Part shown: positions 30,507-40,757 of the stretch, in pieces | How the letters are laid out: each line of letters begins with the position of its first letter | How positions within the stretch are numbered: position 1 is the stretch's first letter | DNA from: an uncultured Pseudomonadota bacterium | GTDB taxonomy: Bacteria > CALINM01 | DNA: 64,000 nt | Assembly: GCA_964540515.1 (NCBI GenBank) | Contig: CAZIMS010000003.1 | Span: 10,010-74,009, forward strand | Direction: 5' to 3' | The notes under the pieces: model-generated | The model's input: the letters and a program-made list of their open reading frames with translations, nothing else | What the model was told of the DNA's origin: nothing | The model's database searches: none | Program-made: the position numbers and the translations under genes

Positions 30507-31706
30507 ATGAGATTAATTGTTTATCAGGTAGATTTAAGGATGACTATCCTGTGTCAATTTTTGTGATTTATATCTACAATCTCATTATATTTAGTAACAC
30601 TCTTTTATTTGATCTTGTTTGGGATGATATCTCCTTTCTACTGGAAAACCTCAAAATAATAGAATTAAATAGATTTTTATTTTTTTGTAGAACCCATGCC
30701 CACTGATATTTGGCCTATTAATTATAGACCTCTGCTGATGTTTAGTTTTGGCTTGGATTGCGCTCTTTGGGGATATAAATCCTTAATCTTTTAGATTGTA
30801 TTTTGAGTATCTTAGATTATTGTTTTTCCTCTACCAACTTAAATTGATTTATCATCAATTGCCTATATAAAGATTTTTTTCAGTTTGGATATATGCCATA
30901 CGCAATTTTCTTAGTTATTATATTTATTTTCTTTTTTAAAATAAGGGGAAGATATGGATTTTTTTTGTTTTGTCTCAATAATAATCTCACTTATAACGGC
31001 CTCAGATTTCTAAGTCTTATTGATATCTCACCTCTCGAAGAAAGGTATTTATATTTTCCGAGGGTTTTTTTGGTTTTCTTTAGTTCTATTTATTATAAAA
31101 GAAGTAAATAAAAAGGTAGTTCTTTATATAGCAATTGGTTTTATGGGACTTTATAGTTTTTTTTGGAATTTTAATTGGAAGAACCAAGGTGGCTTTCTGA
31201 CAAAAAAGATAAAAGATGATCCTAACTATAAAGGAGTTCATCATGAGTTTGCCCCTTTTAATCTTATAAAAGGAAATATTGATTTTTCCGAAAGGCCTTC
31301 CAAGAAAGCAATAGATATAAGAAGAGATTATTTAGAGGCTTATGTAATGTCTGAGAACCTATACAGTCTAACAAGAAGGGATGAAGAAGCTCTCCCCTAT
31401 TACTAAAAAGCTTCTCAGATAAATAAGCATAACCTTCTAATTTAAAATAATATTGCTACTACCTACCAAAATATGATGAAATTAGATAAGGCGCTTCTAA
31501 ATTACTACAGGGCTTTTCAAATTGATGAAAATTTTTATAAAACAAATTATAATCTTGGTTATTTACTTTGGAGAGTTAACAGAAATTTAGAAGCTATTAA
31601 CTTTTTGAGAAGGCCTTATAGTATAATAAATAATATTAACTTGCTAAAAGATATTAGACAATTTGAAATAGATATAGAAAAAGAGTTAAGAAATGGGGAA
31701 AGATAA
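30507..31706 (+). pseudogene. Decayed TMTC/DUF1736-like paralog (frameshifts and an internal deletion)
   Basis: Fragments in three frames carry the family motifs: LFDLVWDDISFL, then a shift in a T-run to PINYRPLLMFSFGLD, then LEERYLYFP (30893-31111), then WNFNWKNQ...KDDPNYKG plus TPR remnants (31020-31706). Total length is well short of the roughly 1.7 kb of the intact paralogs. Confidence 0.7.
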
Positions 31707-33765
31707 AAAGATTTTTTTCAGTATTTTAGGTGTGGTAATACTTTTTAATATTATCAACAGATTGAGCTTTTTAAGATATGTCTTTGCCTTTCCCGAACTT
31801 AGACTTGTTGGTCCTGATAGTTTTTATCATTTAAAAAGAATAATTTATACCTTTGAAAATTATCCAGAGATGCTTATGTTTGATCCTTTTTTATCATATC
31901 CAGAGGGTGATTTTGTTCCATGGCCGCCTTTATTTGATTTCATAGGTGGTAGTCTTGCAAAAATAATTGGTAATCCTATTTATTCATCTGTTTTTTTAAA
32001 TTTTTTTGTAGGGTTATTAACTCTATTATTAATATTGTTATATTTAAGTAAAAGGCATATAACAGCGACTATAGTCTCACTTAGTATATTAGCAGTTTCA
32101 ACATTATTTGTTAGTTCTCAGAGCGTTGGCAATATAGACCATCATGCTTTAGAAGTTTTTTTGGTTTTATCTTTTTATCTGTCTTTTGCTTACTTAGAGA
32201 ATAAAATTTGGAAGGTTATCATTTTATCTATTATAGTAACACTAAGCTTCTTCAATTGGCCAGGTGCACCTTTATATTATGGTCCCGTTTTTTTATTTAA
32301 TTTAGTTAATATGATAAAGAAAGAAAACAATAAGTTCAATTGGGTTAATATAGCCATTCCGTTCTTTGTTTCAGGTTCTTTAATCTATCTGTATTTGACT
32401 TTTTCTGGTTATAATGTCTTTGATTATTCTTACAGATTTTTTTCAAGGTTTCATGTAGATTTTTGCTTCTTCGTTGCCTTTGTGTCATTTGCTGCAATTC
32501 TTTATGGGGCAAAGCATATACCAAAATTTATTCCCTTAACTCTAACAGTAGTCATTTTTGTAATTTTTAGGGGGATATTCTTTGAGGTTTTTGGTGGAAT
32601 GGGCTATCTAACAAAGACGGCAGAGAGTCAACTTATGGGTTTAGTCAGTGAGTCACAACCATTGTTTTTTGGTAATAATAGATTTTTTATTGATGATTTT
32701 GTTAGAAATCTGTTTTTTTTTAGTATTTTTTATCTCATCAGTCCCTTTATTATTTATAGAGAGATTAAGAAGAAAAATAATGAATTACTTTTTTTTGCCT
32801 TAGTATATTTTTTCTTGTTAACATTTTTTCAGATCAGAATGGGTATCTTTTTTGTTCCTTTTATAGCAATTTTCTGTGGTTATTTAGCTTTTGAATATTA
32901 TAAATCAGGAAAAACATTTATAAAAAAGCATATTTTTTTAATAGTAGCTCTAATAAATATGCTTGTTATGACAATAATATGGTTTAGACTGGGTTATGAA
33001 AATTATGATTTTGGGAAACACACTATCTATGAAACTATGAATTACCTTAGGGAGAATACTAAAGATAAAGAGAGGTTTCAAAGAGGTGAGGTGCCCTATG
33101 GTATTTTTACTGCCTGGGACATTGGGCATTACGTAGTAACCTTGGGAAACAGGCCTGCAATCGCACATAACTTTATTACCAATGCAAGAAATAATAAGGA
33201 ACTTGAGTATATAAAGGCTATTTACTCAAAATCTGAAGATGAGATTGTTAGTTTGATGGATAAAAACAATACCCCCTATTTAATCATATCTAATCTTTAT
33301 CAGTATGTGGCAAATAGTTGGAGTTTAGTTTATAATTCTTATAATCCCTATGTAACAGAATATGAAGATAAGGTAGAGTTAAATGATAATATTAATGATT
33401 TATTTTTGAATAATCTTGTATTTGGAGGCTATCCCTCTAAGCACTTAAGAATAGTCTTTGAAGCCGATTTTAAAGATAACTTACATGATTACATAGCTAT
33501 TGTAGAAAGGGTTAAGGGGGTAAAATTAGTAACAAAAGAGAAAGGGGTCATTATAGTAAACTTAAAAACAAAAAATGGAGACCTTGAACTTTCATATAAT
33601 CCTGAAAATATTGGCCAAAAATATATCTTTACAGTACCATATTCAACAGATAAGAAATTTGATGTAATAGTAGATAGTGTACTATTTAAAAATGAGAGGG
33701 GTATAAAGAGGCTTTTCATAAGTGAGGAAGAAGTGATTAATGGAGTTGAAAGAATTTTATTTTAG
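31693..33765 (+). CDS. STT3/AglB-like oligosaccharyltransferase homolog (GT-C), 690 aa, paralog of 21387-24002
   Basis: Same motif set: GPDSFYHLKRI...LSYPEGDFVPWPPLFD in loop 1, GNIDHHALE, and FTAWDIGHYV at the WWDYG position, followed by a C-terminal soluble domain. Confidence 0.55.
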   Translation: MGKDKKIFFSILGVVILFNIINRLSFLRYVFAFPELRLVGPDSFYHLKRIIYTFENYPEMLMFDPFLSYPEGDFVPWPPLFDFIGGSLAKIIGNPIYSSVFLNFFVGLLTLLLILLYLSKRHITATIVSLSILAVSTLFVSSQSVGNIDHHALEVFLVLSFYLSFAYLENKIWKVIILSIIVTLSFFNWPGAPLYYGPVFLFNLVNMIKKENNKFNWVNIAIPFFVSGSLIYLYLTFSGYNVFDYSYRFFSRFHVDFCFFVAFVSFAAILYGAKHIPKFIPLTLTVVIFVIFRGIFFEVFGGMGYLTKTAESQLMGLVSESQPLFFGNNRFFIDDFVRNLFFFSIFYLISPFIIYREIKKKNNELLFFALVYFFLLTFFQIRMGIFFVPFIAIFCGYLAFEYYKSGKTFIKKHIFLIVALINMLVMTIIWFRLGYENYDFGKHTIYETMNYLRENTKDKERFQRGEVPYGIFTAWDIGHYVVTLGNRPAIAHNFITNARNNKELEYIKAIYSKSEDEIVSLMDKNNTPYLIISNLYQYVANSWSLVYNSYNPYVTEYEDKVELNDNINDLFLNNLVFGGYPSKHLRIVFEADFKDNLHDYIAIVERVKGVKLVTKEKGVIIVNLKTKNGDLELSYNPENIGQKYIFTVPYSTDKKFDVIVDSVLFKNERGIKRLFISEEEVINGVERILF

Positions 33766-33783
33766 TTATATGGATACTACAAA

Positions 33784-35505
33784 ATGATTTTTGAAAGATA
33801 TTTTGATAAAAAGATAAGTTTCTTTGTTTTTATATCAATTTTAACTATTTTATGCTTCTTTAATGCCCTCTTTATGGATTTTGTATGGGATGATATTGTA
33901 CACTTAGATAAATTTAAATTTATATTAAAGAATTTTTCTGATTTATTGGATTTTTTCAAAAGTACCAATATTGTTGGACAACCTTTTTACTATAGACCAC
34001 TAATGTTAATAAGCTACGGATTAGATTATCTTCTTTATAATACTAATTCCTTCGGATATCACTTAACTTCATTAATAATTCATATTCTAAATGTTTTTTT
34101 AGTATTTCTGATTACTGAGAAAATATTAAATAAAAATGTTGCTCTTTTAAGCTCCATTATATTTGCTATTCATCCCGTTCACGCTGAACCAGTTGTCTGG
34201 ATATCCGCTCGAGCAGATGTGTTAAGTGCATTATTCTTATTTGCTTCTTTTTATTTTTATCTGAAATTATTAGATGAAGGGAAATACAAATATTTTGGTG
34301 CAACAATATTTTTCTATGCCTTAACAATTTTAACCAAAGAAACCTCAATAGTCTTACCGATAATTTTTTTGATATATCCTTTCTTCAAGAATGATAAGTT
34401 TAAAAAAAATATATATATTACCTTTCTTTTCACTTTGCTTTTGTCTATAGGATATATTATTGTTAGGATTAATATTGTAAACAGTTTTTGGGGAACTGAT
34501 TATTTCCCTTTTCAGTCGAAAATAGCAACTATCCCTTTAGTTATTTTAAGTTACTTCAAATTGTTTTTTTATCCCTTTGACCTAAGGTTGTTATATAATG
34601 AGCCAAAGATATTGTCAGAGCCAAATTTATATTCATTTATTAGTTGGGGGATTTTATTTTTATTCATTTTATTTATATTTACTCTCTACAAACGAGAAAG
34701 ACTGATTACTTTTTTCTTGGTATTCTACCTACTTTTTCTTTTACCTGTTTCAGGTATAGCTACATTTATAAGAGTGTCTTTAATTGCCGATAGATATTTA
34801 TACTTACCCTCCTATGGTCTAATTGTTTTTTGTTCTTATTATTTTTTAAAACTTTATGAGGTTTTTAAAAGTGAGAAGGCAAAAAAATATCTGGAAAAAT
34901 TGTTTTTTGTTTATTTATTAATACTTTTTTTATTGACTGTTTTTAGGAACTTTCACTGGAGCGACCAATTTAATTTTTTATCGAAAATGATAAAAGATAA
35001 ACCTGATTATTATGGAGCTTATATTCATTTAGGAACTTATTATCTATCAGCAAAAAGGTTTAATGAAGCTGAAGATGCCTTTGAGACTGCTTTAAAATAT
35101 ATGGGCGAAGAAGATATACATATAGTTATGAATAATTTTTGTGTTTTATATTTTGAGAAAGGTGATTATGTTGAAGCAGAAAAATATTGTCTTAAAAGTA
35201 TAGAGCTGAACAAAGAGTATTCTTTTCCTTATTATAATCTTGCTTCAATTTATTTAGAAACAGATCAGCTAAACAAATCCTATATTGTAATACAAGAAGC
35301 TATAAAGTATGATAAACTAAACCCAGATTTCTATAATAAGGCAGGTTATATAGCTTTACTTTTAGGGCATATTGATGAAGCAATAATGTACATAGATAAA
35401 GCAATAGAATTAGATCCTAAAAATGAGATGTTTAGAAGAAATAAAGAAATAATATTAAAATTTGGATTTTCTTCAAAGGTGCAAGATGTTGTACAAAAAC
35501 CTTAA
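33784..35505 (+). CDS. TMTC/DUF1736-like TM+TPR GT-C glycosyltransferase (paralog)
   Basis: MDFVWDDIVHL, FYYRPLML, SARADV and IADRYLYLP, followed by C-terminal TPRs. Confidence 0.65.
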   Translation: MIFERYFDKKISFFVFISILTILCFFNALFMDFVWDDIVHLDKFKFILKNFSDLLDFFKSTNIVGQPFYYRPLMLISYGLDYLLYNTNSFGYHLTSLIIHILNVFLVFLITEKILNKNVALLSSIIFAIHPVHAEPVVWISARADVLSALFLFASFYFYLKLLDEGKYKYFGATIFFYALTILTKETSIVLPIIFLIYPFFKNDKFKKNIYITFLFTLLLSIGYIIVRINIVNSFWGTDYFPFQSKIATIPLVILSYFKLFFYPFDLRLLYNEPKILSEPNLYSFISWGILFLFILFIFTLYKRERLITFFLVFYLLFLLPVSGIATFIRVSLIADRYLYLPSYGLIVFCSYYFLKLYEVFKSEKAKKYLEKLFFVYLLILFLLTVFRNFHWSDQFNFLSKMIKDKPDYYGAYIHLGTYYLSAKRFNEAEDAFETALKYMGEEDIHIVMNNFCVLYFEKGDYVEAEKYCLKSIELNKEYSFPYYNLASIYLETDQLNKSYIVIQEAIKYDKLNPDFYNKAGYIALLLGHIDEAIMYIDKAIELDPKNEMFRRNKEIILKFGFSSKVQDVVQKP

Positions 35506-36945
35506 TATATATCCTCTTCCTGTAAAATATCGGCGATCAAAGATGCTAAAAAATACTCTTGGCAGCGCTATGGTAAGATAATAATTTTTTATTTTTATAA
35601 ACTTATAGTATCTATGTTTAATAATTTTTTTTACTAACCATTTTGGAAAAAGGAATAAATAATTATAAAGAAATATAAGACCATAATAGTTTTCATCATT
35701 AAATTCACGCCAATGAAGCCCCTTTTTTGAGTGTAATCCTTCTTCGACAATCCTTATATCATTTTCCTTTAAATAGCCTTTGTCTAAGGCATAATTTGTA
35801 ATACTTGTCTTAGGGTAGTAGTTTAAGAAAAAAAGACTAATTAAATTTGGTCTATGTTCATTATAAGTAAGAATAGCCTTTTCATGATTTTCAATAGTAT
35901 CATCGGGGATACCTATTAGATGGTCTGTTTGAAGAAAGATTTTATGTTTTTTTACAATTTCAATTGATTCTATGATTTTTTTATTAGAAGTAGGTCTTCT
36001 AAGAACATTTTTGCAAAGCTCTTCATTAAAAGATTGTACCCCCATTTGTATATCAAGGCAATTTGCTTTTTTTAGCAACTCTATCTTTTCTTCATCTATA
36101 TTGAGGGGACTGAGACTACAGAGAAAAGGTAATCCAATATATTTTTTATAATCTCTTGAAAAATCTATCAACCAGTTTTTGTTTAATCCAAATAAATCGT
36201 CGGCAAAATGGACATATTTAATACCAAATTTTTTTTTTGCATATAAAAGCTCTTCTAGTACATTTTCAACAGATCTTTGTCGGATGATTAACCTGCTCTT
36301 TAAGGTTTTATAGTAATCGTTAATGCAATAAGAACAATAATAGGGACATCCTCTACTTGTAATTATTAAGTATTCTCTTTTGAGAAAGGGCATCTCTTTA
36401 TAAAAAGGTTCTTTGTTAGGGAATGGGATTTTATCGAGATCTGAAAGAGGACCTTCTAAAAACTCTCCTAACAAAACATTGTCTCTCTTAAAAACGATAC
36501 CTTCAACGGGTTTATCAGGAAGAAATATTTCCTTTTCTTTTATTTCAAGGCTATTTATAAAATTTTTTAAAGATATCTCTCCCTCTCCTATGGAAATGGC
36601 GTCTATGAAAGCATTTGATATTACTTTTTCTGGGACTAAGGTAGTATGAATACCACCAAAAATTATTAATGTTTTTGGTGATATTTTTTTTACTTCCTTA
36701 GCTAAGTTTAATTGAAAGATATAATTATCTGTTAATGCAGAAAAACAGACTATTTTTGTTTCTCTATCTATTATTTTCTTAGCGAGTTCTGAATAATTAA
36801 TTTTAAAAGATGATTTCAGATAAGGGTCAAAGGACCTATAAAAGAATAAATCAGATTCCACTCCTTCTTTTTTTAAAATTGAAAGGAGATAAGCAATACC
36901 TAAATTCTCAAAATCCGGATAGACAAATAAAACTTTTTTTTTCAT
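35473..36945 (-). CDS. B12-binding domain radical SAM protein (class B radical SAM, possible methyltransferase)
   Basis: N-terminal Rossmann-like B12-binding region (MKKKVLFVYPDFENLG...) and the radical SAM cluster motif SRGCPYYCSYC. Its 3' end overlaps the convergent TMTC-like gene by 33 nt. Confidence 0.75.
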   Translation of the reverse strand: MKKKVLFVYPDFENLGIAYLLSILKKEGVESDLFFYRSFDPYLKSSFKINYSELAKKIIDRETKIVCFSALTDNYIFQLNLAKEVKKISPKTLIIFGGIHTTLVPEKVISNAFIDAISIGEGEISLKNFINSLEIKEKEIFLPDKPVEGIVFKRDNVLLGEFLEGPLSDLDKIPFPNKEPFYKEMPFLKREYLIITSRGCPYYCSYCINDYYKTLKSRLIIRQRSVENVLEELLYAKKKFGIKYVHFADDLFGLNKNWLIDFSRDYKKYIGLPFLCSLSPLNIDEEKIELLKKANCLDIQMGVQSFNEELCKNVLRRPTSNKKIIESIEIVKKHKIFLQTDHLIGIPDDTIENHEKAILTYNEHRPNLISLFFLNYYPKTSITNYALDKGYLKENDIRIVEEGLHSKKGLHWREFNDENYYGLIFLYNYLFLFPKWLVKKIIKHRYYKFIKIKNYYLTIALPRVFFSIFDRRYFTGRGYILRFLYNILHL

Positions 36946-36998
36946 GATTTAATTTCTTTTATTATAAAATCATTATAAGGAGATTAGAATAGTTTTTT

Positions 36999-38768
36999 AT
37001 GGAAAAAATTAAACAAAGAAATTTAATTTTTTTGTCTTTTGTGATTGTCGTAATTTGTGTTTTTGTTTATTTCAAGAGCTTAGGATATGACTTTGTATGG
37101 GATGACCTTATTTATATTCTCAACAACCCACATCTAAAAGATTGGGCTATGGCAAAAGATTTTTTCTTCAACGGGATGCCAACTTTTAAAGACAGTGTCC
37201 ACTACAGACCGATAACAATGAGCTTTATGTTGCTTCAATATAAGCTTTTTCTGAAAGATGCCATTTACTATAGGATTTTTTCATTAATTTTACATCTTTT
37301 ATGTAGTATATGGATTTTTCTTATATTACAGAAAGCTACTAAAAAGACGGTACCCTCTTTTTGGGGTGCCCTTATTTTTTCCGTTCATCCAGCTTTGGTA
37401 GATGCTGTAGCATGGATATCGGGCTTTGTCGAACCTCTCTGTGGGATATTTCTTTTTGCTTCTTTTTTCTTTTTAATAAAATTTTGTGAAAATTTTAATA
37501 GAAAATTTTTTTATCTCTCATTTCCACTTTATTTTATATCAATTTTTGTCAAAGAGATGGCTTTGACATTTTTTTTAATATTTTGGTTATATGCATATTT
37601 TTTTGTTGAGAAAGATAAATTTAAAAAACTTCTACCCTATCTTATAAGCTATATAATTCCAGCTTTTATATATATATCTTTAAGAATAAGTATTTTACCA
37701 AAACCGTATGGCCAAACATCAGATTTTATCTATCAAATTTACTATCCGATTTTACATTATGCATATTTTGTTAGCTATATCTTTAACCCCTTTTCCATAA
37801 AACTTATAAAATATGAAGTTGATCTAACAGGCTCGATTAATTACTTGTTTCTGGGAGTATTCATTATTTTATTTTTATTTTCCATTGCCATTATCGCTTT
37901 TCTATTCAGAAAAAGAAAGACCCTTTTGTTTGCTTTTTTATATTTTTTGATTACCTTAATACCGGTTGTTGGGTTTATAGCACCTATAAATATTTTTGGC
38001 AGGTATCTTTATATCCCAATTTTAGGTGTTCTAATAATTTTTACTGAGTTTATTGATTATTTATCGTCAAAGAAGGTATTTTTAGCCTATGGGATTTTGG
38101 TTTTTATAGTTTTGTTTTTTAGCTTCTTTACCTACCAAAGACTTGATTATTTCAAGGATAACTTTACCTATTTCAAAAGGGCTTCAGAGGAATCTAATAA
38201 AAATGATGCTGCTTATGTCCATTTAGCGAAACATTATCAAGACATGGGTGACTTAGAAAAGGCAAAGGAAGTTTTAAATAGGTGTATTGATATTAAAGGC
38301 AAATTTCAATCTAAATGTTATTCCATGTTGGCTCTCGTTTTCTTGTCTGAAAGTAAATTTGATGAAGCAGAAAAGGCACTCTCAATTTCTCATATATTAG
38401 ACCATAAAAATGATGAAGTATTTTATGGATATGGCAGGTTTTTTTTAGAGAAGGGGGATTTTGAAAGGGCCTATGATTTTTTGAATCAGGCTATCTCTTT
38501 AAATCCTGATGACCCATTATATTTTTATACTATGACCCAATTGTTCATTTTCAAAAAAGATTATGAGACAGCACTTCTTTACGCAAAAAAAGCTCTCTCT
38601 CTTAGTGAAGATAATGTAGATAGCCTAAATCTAATGGGCATTATTTATGCTGAAATGAAAAATTATGAAATGGCAAAAACTTATTTTAAGAAAGCCTTGA
38701 AGATGGCTCCTCAAGATGATTTTATTAAAAAAAATATTGAGAGATTAGAAAGTATCTATAAAAAATAA
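36999..38768 (+). CDS. TMTC/DUF1736-like TM+TPR GT-C glycosyltransferase (paralog)
   Basis: YDFVWDDLIYIL, VHYRPITM and GRYLYIP, followed by C-terminal TPRs (AAYVHLAKHYQDMGDLEKAKE...). Confidence 0.65.
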   Translation: MEKIKQRNLIFLSFVIVVICVFVYFKSLGYDFVWDDLIYILNNPHLKDWAMAKDFFFNGMPTFKDSVHYRPITMSFMLLQYKLFLKDAIYYRIFSLILHLLCSIWIFLILQKATKKTVPSFWGALIFSVHPALVDAVAWISGFVEPLCGIFLFASFFFLIKFCENFNRKFFYLSFPLYFISIFVKEMALTFFLIFWLYAYFFVEKDKFKKLLPYLISYIIPAFIYISLRISILPKPYGQTSDFIYQIYYPILHYAYFVSYIFNPFSIKLIKYEVDLTGSINYLFLGVFIILFLFSIAIIAFLFRKRKTLLFAFLYFLITLIPVVGFIAPINIFGRYLYIPILGVLIIFTEFIDYLSSKKVFLAYGILVFIVLFFSFFTYQRLDYFKDNFTYFKRASEESNKNDAAYVHLAKHYQDMGDLEKAKEVLNRCIDIKGKFQSKCYSMLALVFLSESKFDEAEKALSISHILDHKNDEVFYGYGRFFLEKGDFERAYDFLNQAISLNPDDPLYFYTMTQLFIFKKDYETALLYAKKALSLSEDNVDSLNLMGIIYAEMKNYEMAKTYFKKALKMAPQDDFIKKNIERLESIYKK

Positions 38769-38791
38769 AAGGTAAATGAAATAATTATATT

Positions 38792-40645
38792 ATGAACATT
38801 ATCGGTATATCTTCCTTTTATCACGACTCAGCTGTATGTTTGTTAATAGATGGTAAGGTTATTAATGCTATCCAAGAAGAGAGATTTAGTCGTATAAAAA
38901 ACGATATGTCTTTTCCTATCAATGCTTTAGATTTTTGTCTAAAAAATAATGGATTAGGTATCGAGGATATTGATCTATTTGTATTTTATGAGAAGCCATT
39001 TGTTAAGTTTGAAAGGATTTTGGAGAATGTATTAATAAATGCGCCAAAGGGACTAAAATCGTTTGTTAAACAGATTCCTGTATGGATAAAAGAAAAAATC
39101 TTTCTTAAAGATATTATTTATAACTATCTAAAAAATGTGAAGGATGATAAAGCGCTCTTTAATAAGATTGCTTTTGTGCCACATCATTTTGCCCACGCAG
39201 GAAGTGCCTTTTATCCCTCTAACTTTGATGAATCCGCTATTATTACCATAGATGGTGTGGGAGAATGGGCAACAGCCTCTATAGGCCATGGTAGAGAAAA
39301 CAAGATAAGAGTATTCAAAGAGATGTATTTTCCCCATTCAATAGGACTCTTTTACTCTTCTGTTACATATTATTTAGGTTTTAAGGTAAACTCTGATGAG
39401 TATAAGGTTATGGGGCTTGCCCCCTATGGGAATGAAAGGTCAAAAGATTATGAGGCAATTTACGATAAGTTTAAACAGATTATTAAGATAAATGATGATG
39501 GTTCCGTGTTTCTTAAACAGAATTTTTTTGATTACCTCTATGAAGACAGGATGGTAAAAGATCTAAAATGGAAAGAGCTTTTTGGATTCGAAAGAAGAAA
39601 GAAAGATGAAAAGATTGAACAATGGCATTGTGATATGGCTCTGGCAAGTCAGAGAATATTAGAATCTGCTATATTAAAAATGTGTAAACTCGCTAAAGAG
39701 ATTACAAGATCTAAAAATTTATGTTTAGCAGGCGGCGTGGCTTTAAATTGTGTAGCTAACTCAAGGATTTTAGAAGAAAACATCTTTGATAATATCTGGA
39801 TACAACCAGCGGCAGGAGATGCAGGTGGGGCTATGGGAGCTGCTTTTTGTGGTTATCATATCTATTTTGATAAGCAAAGAGAGATAATTAAGGAAGATTA
39901 TGACAAACTTAATTGGAGCTTTTTAGGACCAGAATTTTCTAACTTGCAGATTATTCCTGTATTAAAAAAATATAAGTTAAGTTACTTACACTTTGATAAC
40001 TTTGAAAAATTAGTTGATGAAGCAGTGAAGGAGCTTATTAAAGGAAAGGTGATAGGCTGGTTTCAGGGAAGAATGGAGTGGGGGCCAAGGGCTTTGGGAA
40101 ATAGGAGTATTTTAGCTGATCCAAGAAACAAGGAGATGCAAAGGATTGTTAATTTAAAAGTTAAATTTAGAGAGGGCTTTCGTCCCTTTGCACCAGCAGT
40201 GTTAGAAGAAGATTTTAGAGAGGTCTTTGAAGAGAGGACAGGCTCCCCCTATATGCTTCTAGTCTCTAAAATTAAAGAAGGCCTTAGAAAATATTGTCAC
40301 AGCATTGATAATATGTCTGTGGAGGATAAGATTAATTATTCAAGCTCAGTTTTTCCAGCTGTAACACATCTTGATTTTTCAGCAAGGGCTCAGATTGTAA
40401 ATGAAAGATCTAACTATAAGTTTTATAGATTATTAAAAAAGTTTAAGGAAAATACAGGTTTTGGTATAATATTAAATACCAGCTTCAATGTAAAGGATGA
40501 ACCTATTGTGTGTAGCCCTGAAGATGCCATAAAGTGTTATTTGAAGACAGATATTGATCTTTTATTTATCGAAGATTTCATAGTTTACAAAAAAAGTGAA
40601 AAGGCATATTTTAATAGAGCTTTTAATTTTTTTGAGAGTAACTAA
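38792..40645 (+). CDS. Carbamoyltransferase, NodU/CmcH family
   Basis: N-terminus MNIIGISSFYHDSAVCLLIDGKVINAIQEERFSRIKND is the signature start of NodU/CmcH O-carbamoyltransferases (Kae1/YgjD-like fold). The protein is 617 aa. Confidence 0.85.
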   Translation: MNIIGISSFYHDSAVCLLIDGKVINAIQEERFSRIKNDMSFPINALDFCLKNNGLGIEDIDLFVFYEKPFVKFERILENVLINAPKGLKSFVKQIPVWIKEKIFLKDIIYNYLKNVKDDKALFNKIAFVPHHFAHAGSAFYPSNFDESAIITIDGVGEWATASIGHGRENKIRVFKEMYFPHSIGLFYSSVTYYLGFKVNSDEYKVMGLAPYGNERSKDYEAIYDKFKQIIKINDDGSVFLKQNFFDYLYEDRMVKDLKWKELFGFERRKKDEKIEQWHCDMALASQRILESAILKMCKLAKEITRSKNLCLAGGVALNCVANSRILEENIFDNIWIQPAAGDAGGAMGAAFCGYHIYFDKQREIIKEDYDKLNWSFLGPEFSNLQIIPVLKKYKLSYLHFDNFEKLVDEAVKELIKGKVIGWFQGRMEWGPRALGNRSILADPRNKEMQRIVNLKVKFREGFRPFAPAVLEEDFREVFEERTGSPYMLLVSKIKEGLRKYCHSIDNMSVEDKINYSSSVFPAVTHLDFSARAQIVNERSNYKFYRLLKKFKENTGFGIILNTSFNVKDEPIVCSPEDAIKCYLKTDIDLLFIEDFIVYKKSEKAYFNRAFNFFESN

Positions 40646-40757
40646 AAAGTGGTGGTTAGCCCCAATTATAATTTTTCTTCTATTGTTGAGTATCATTTTG
40701 TATTCAGAGTTAACAGGACTCTCTCCTTTTATTTATACATTTTTTTAGTGGTACTAT

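Noticed and set aside
36413-36649. + strand 78-aa ORF inside the radical SAM gene, and similar ORFs at 41068-41256 and 60275-60502
   Set aside because: Each is fully antisense to, or nested within, a well-supported longer gene, and none has motifs or a ribosome-binding site.
35473-36945. Radical SAM plus small peptide as a RiPP cluster (considering small ORF 20289-20345 as precursor)
   Set aside because: The small ORF is more than 15 kb away. The radical SAM genes have B12-binding methyltransferase-type domains and are fixed partners of glycosyltransferases. There is no leader peptide, peptidase or transporter context.
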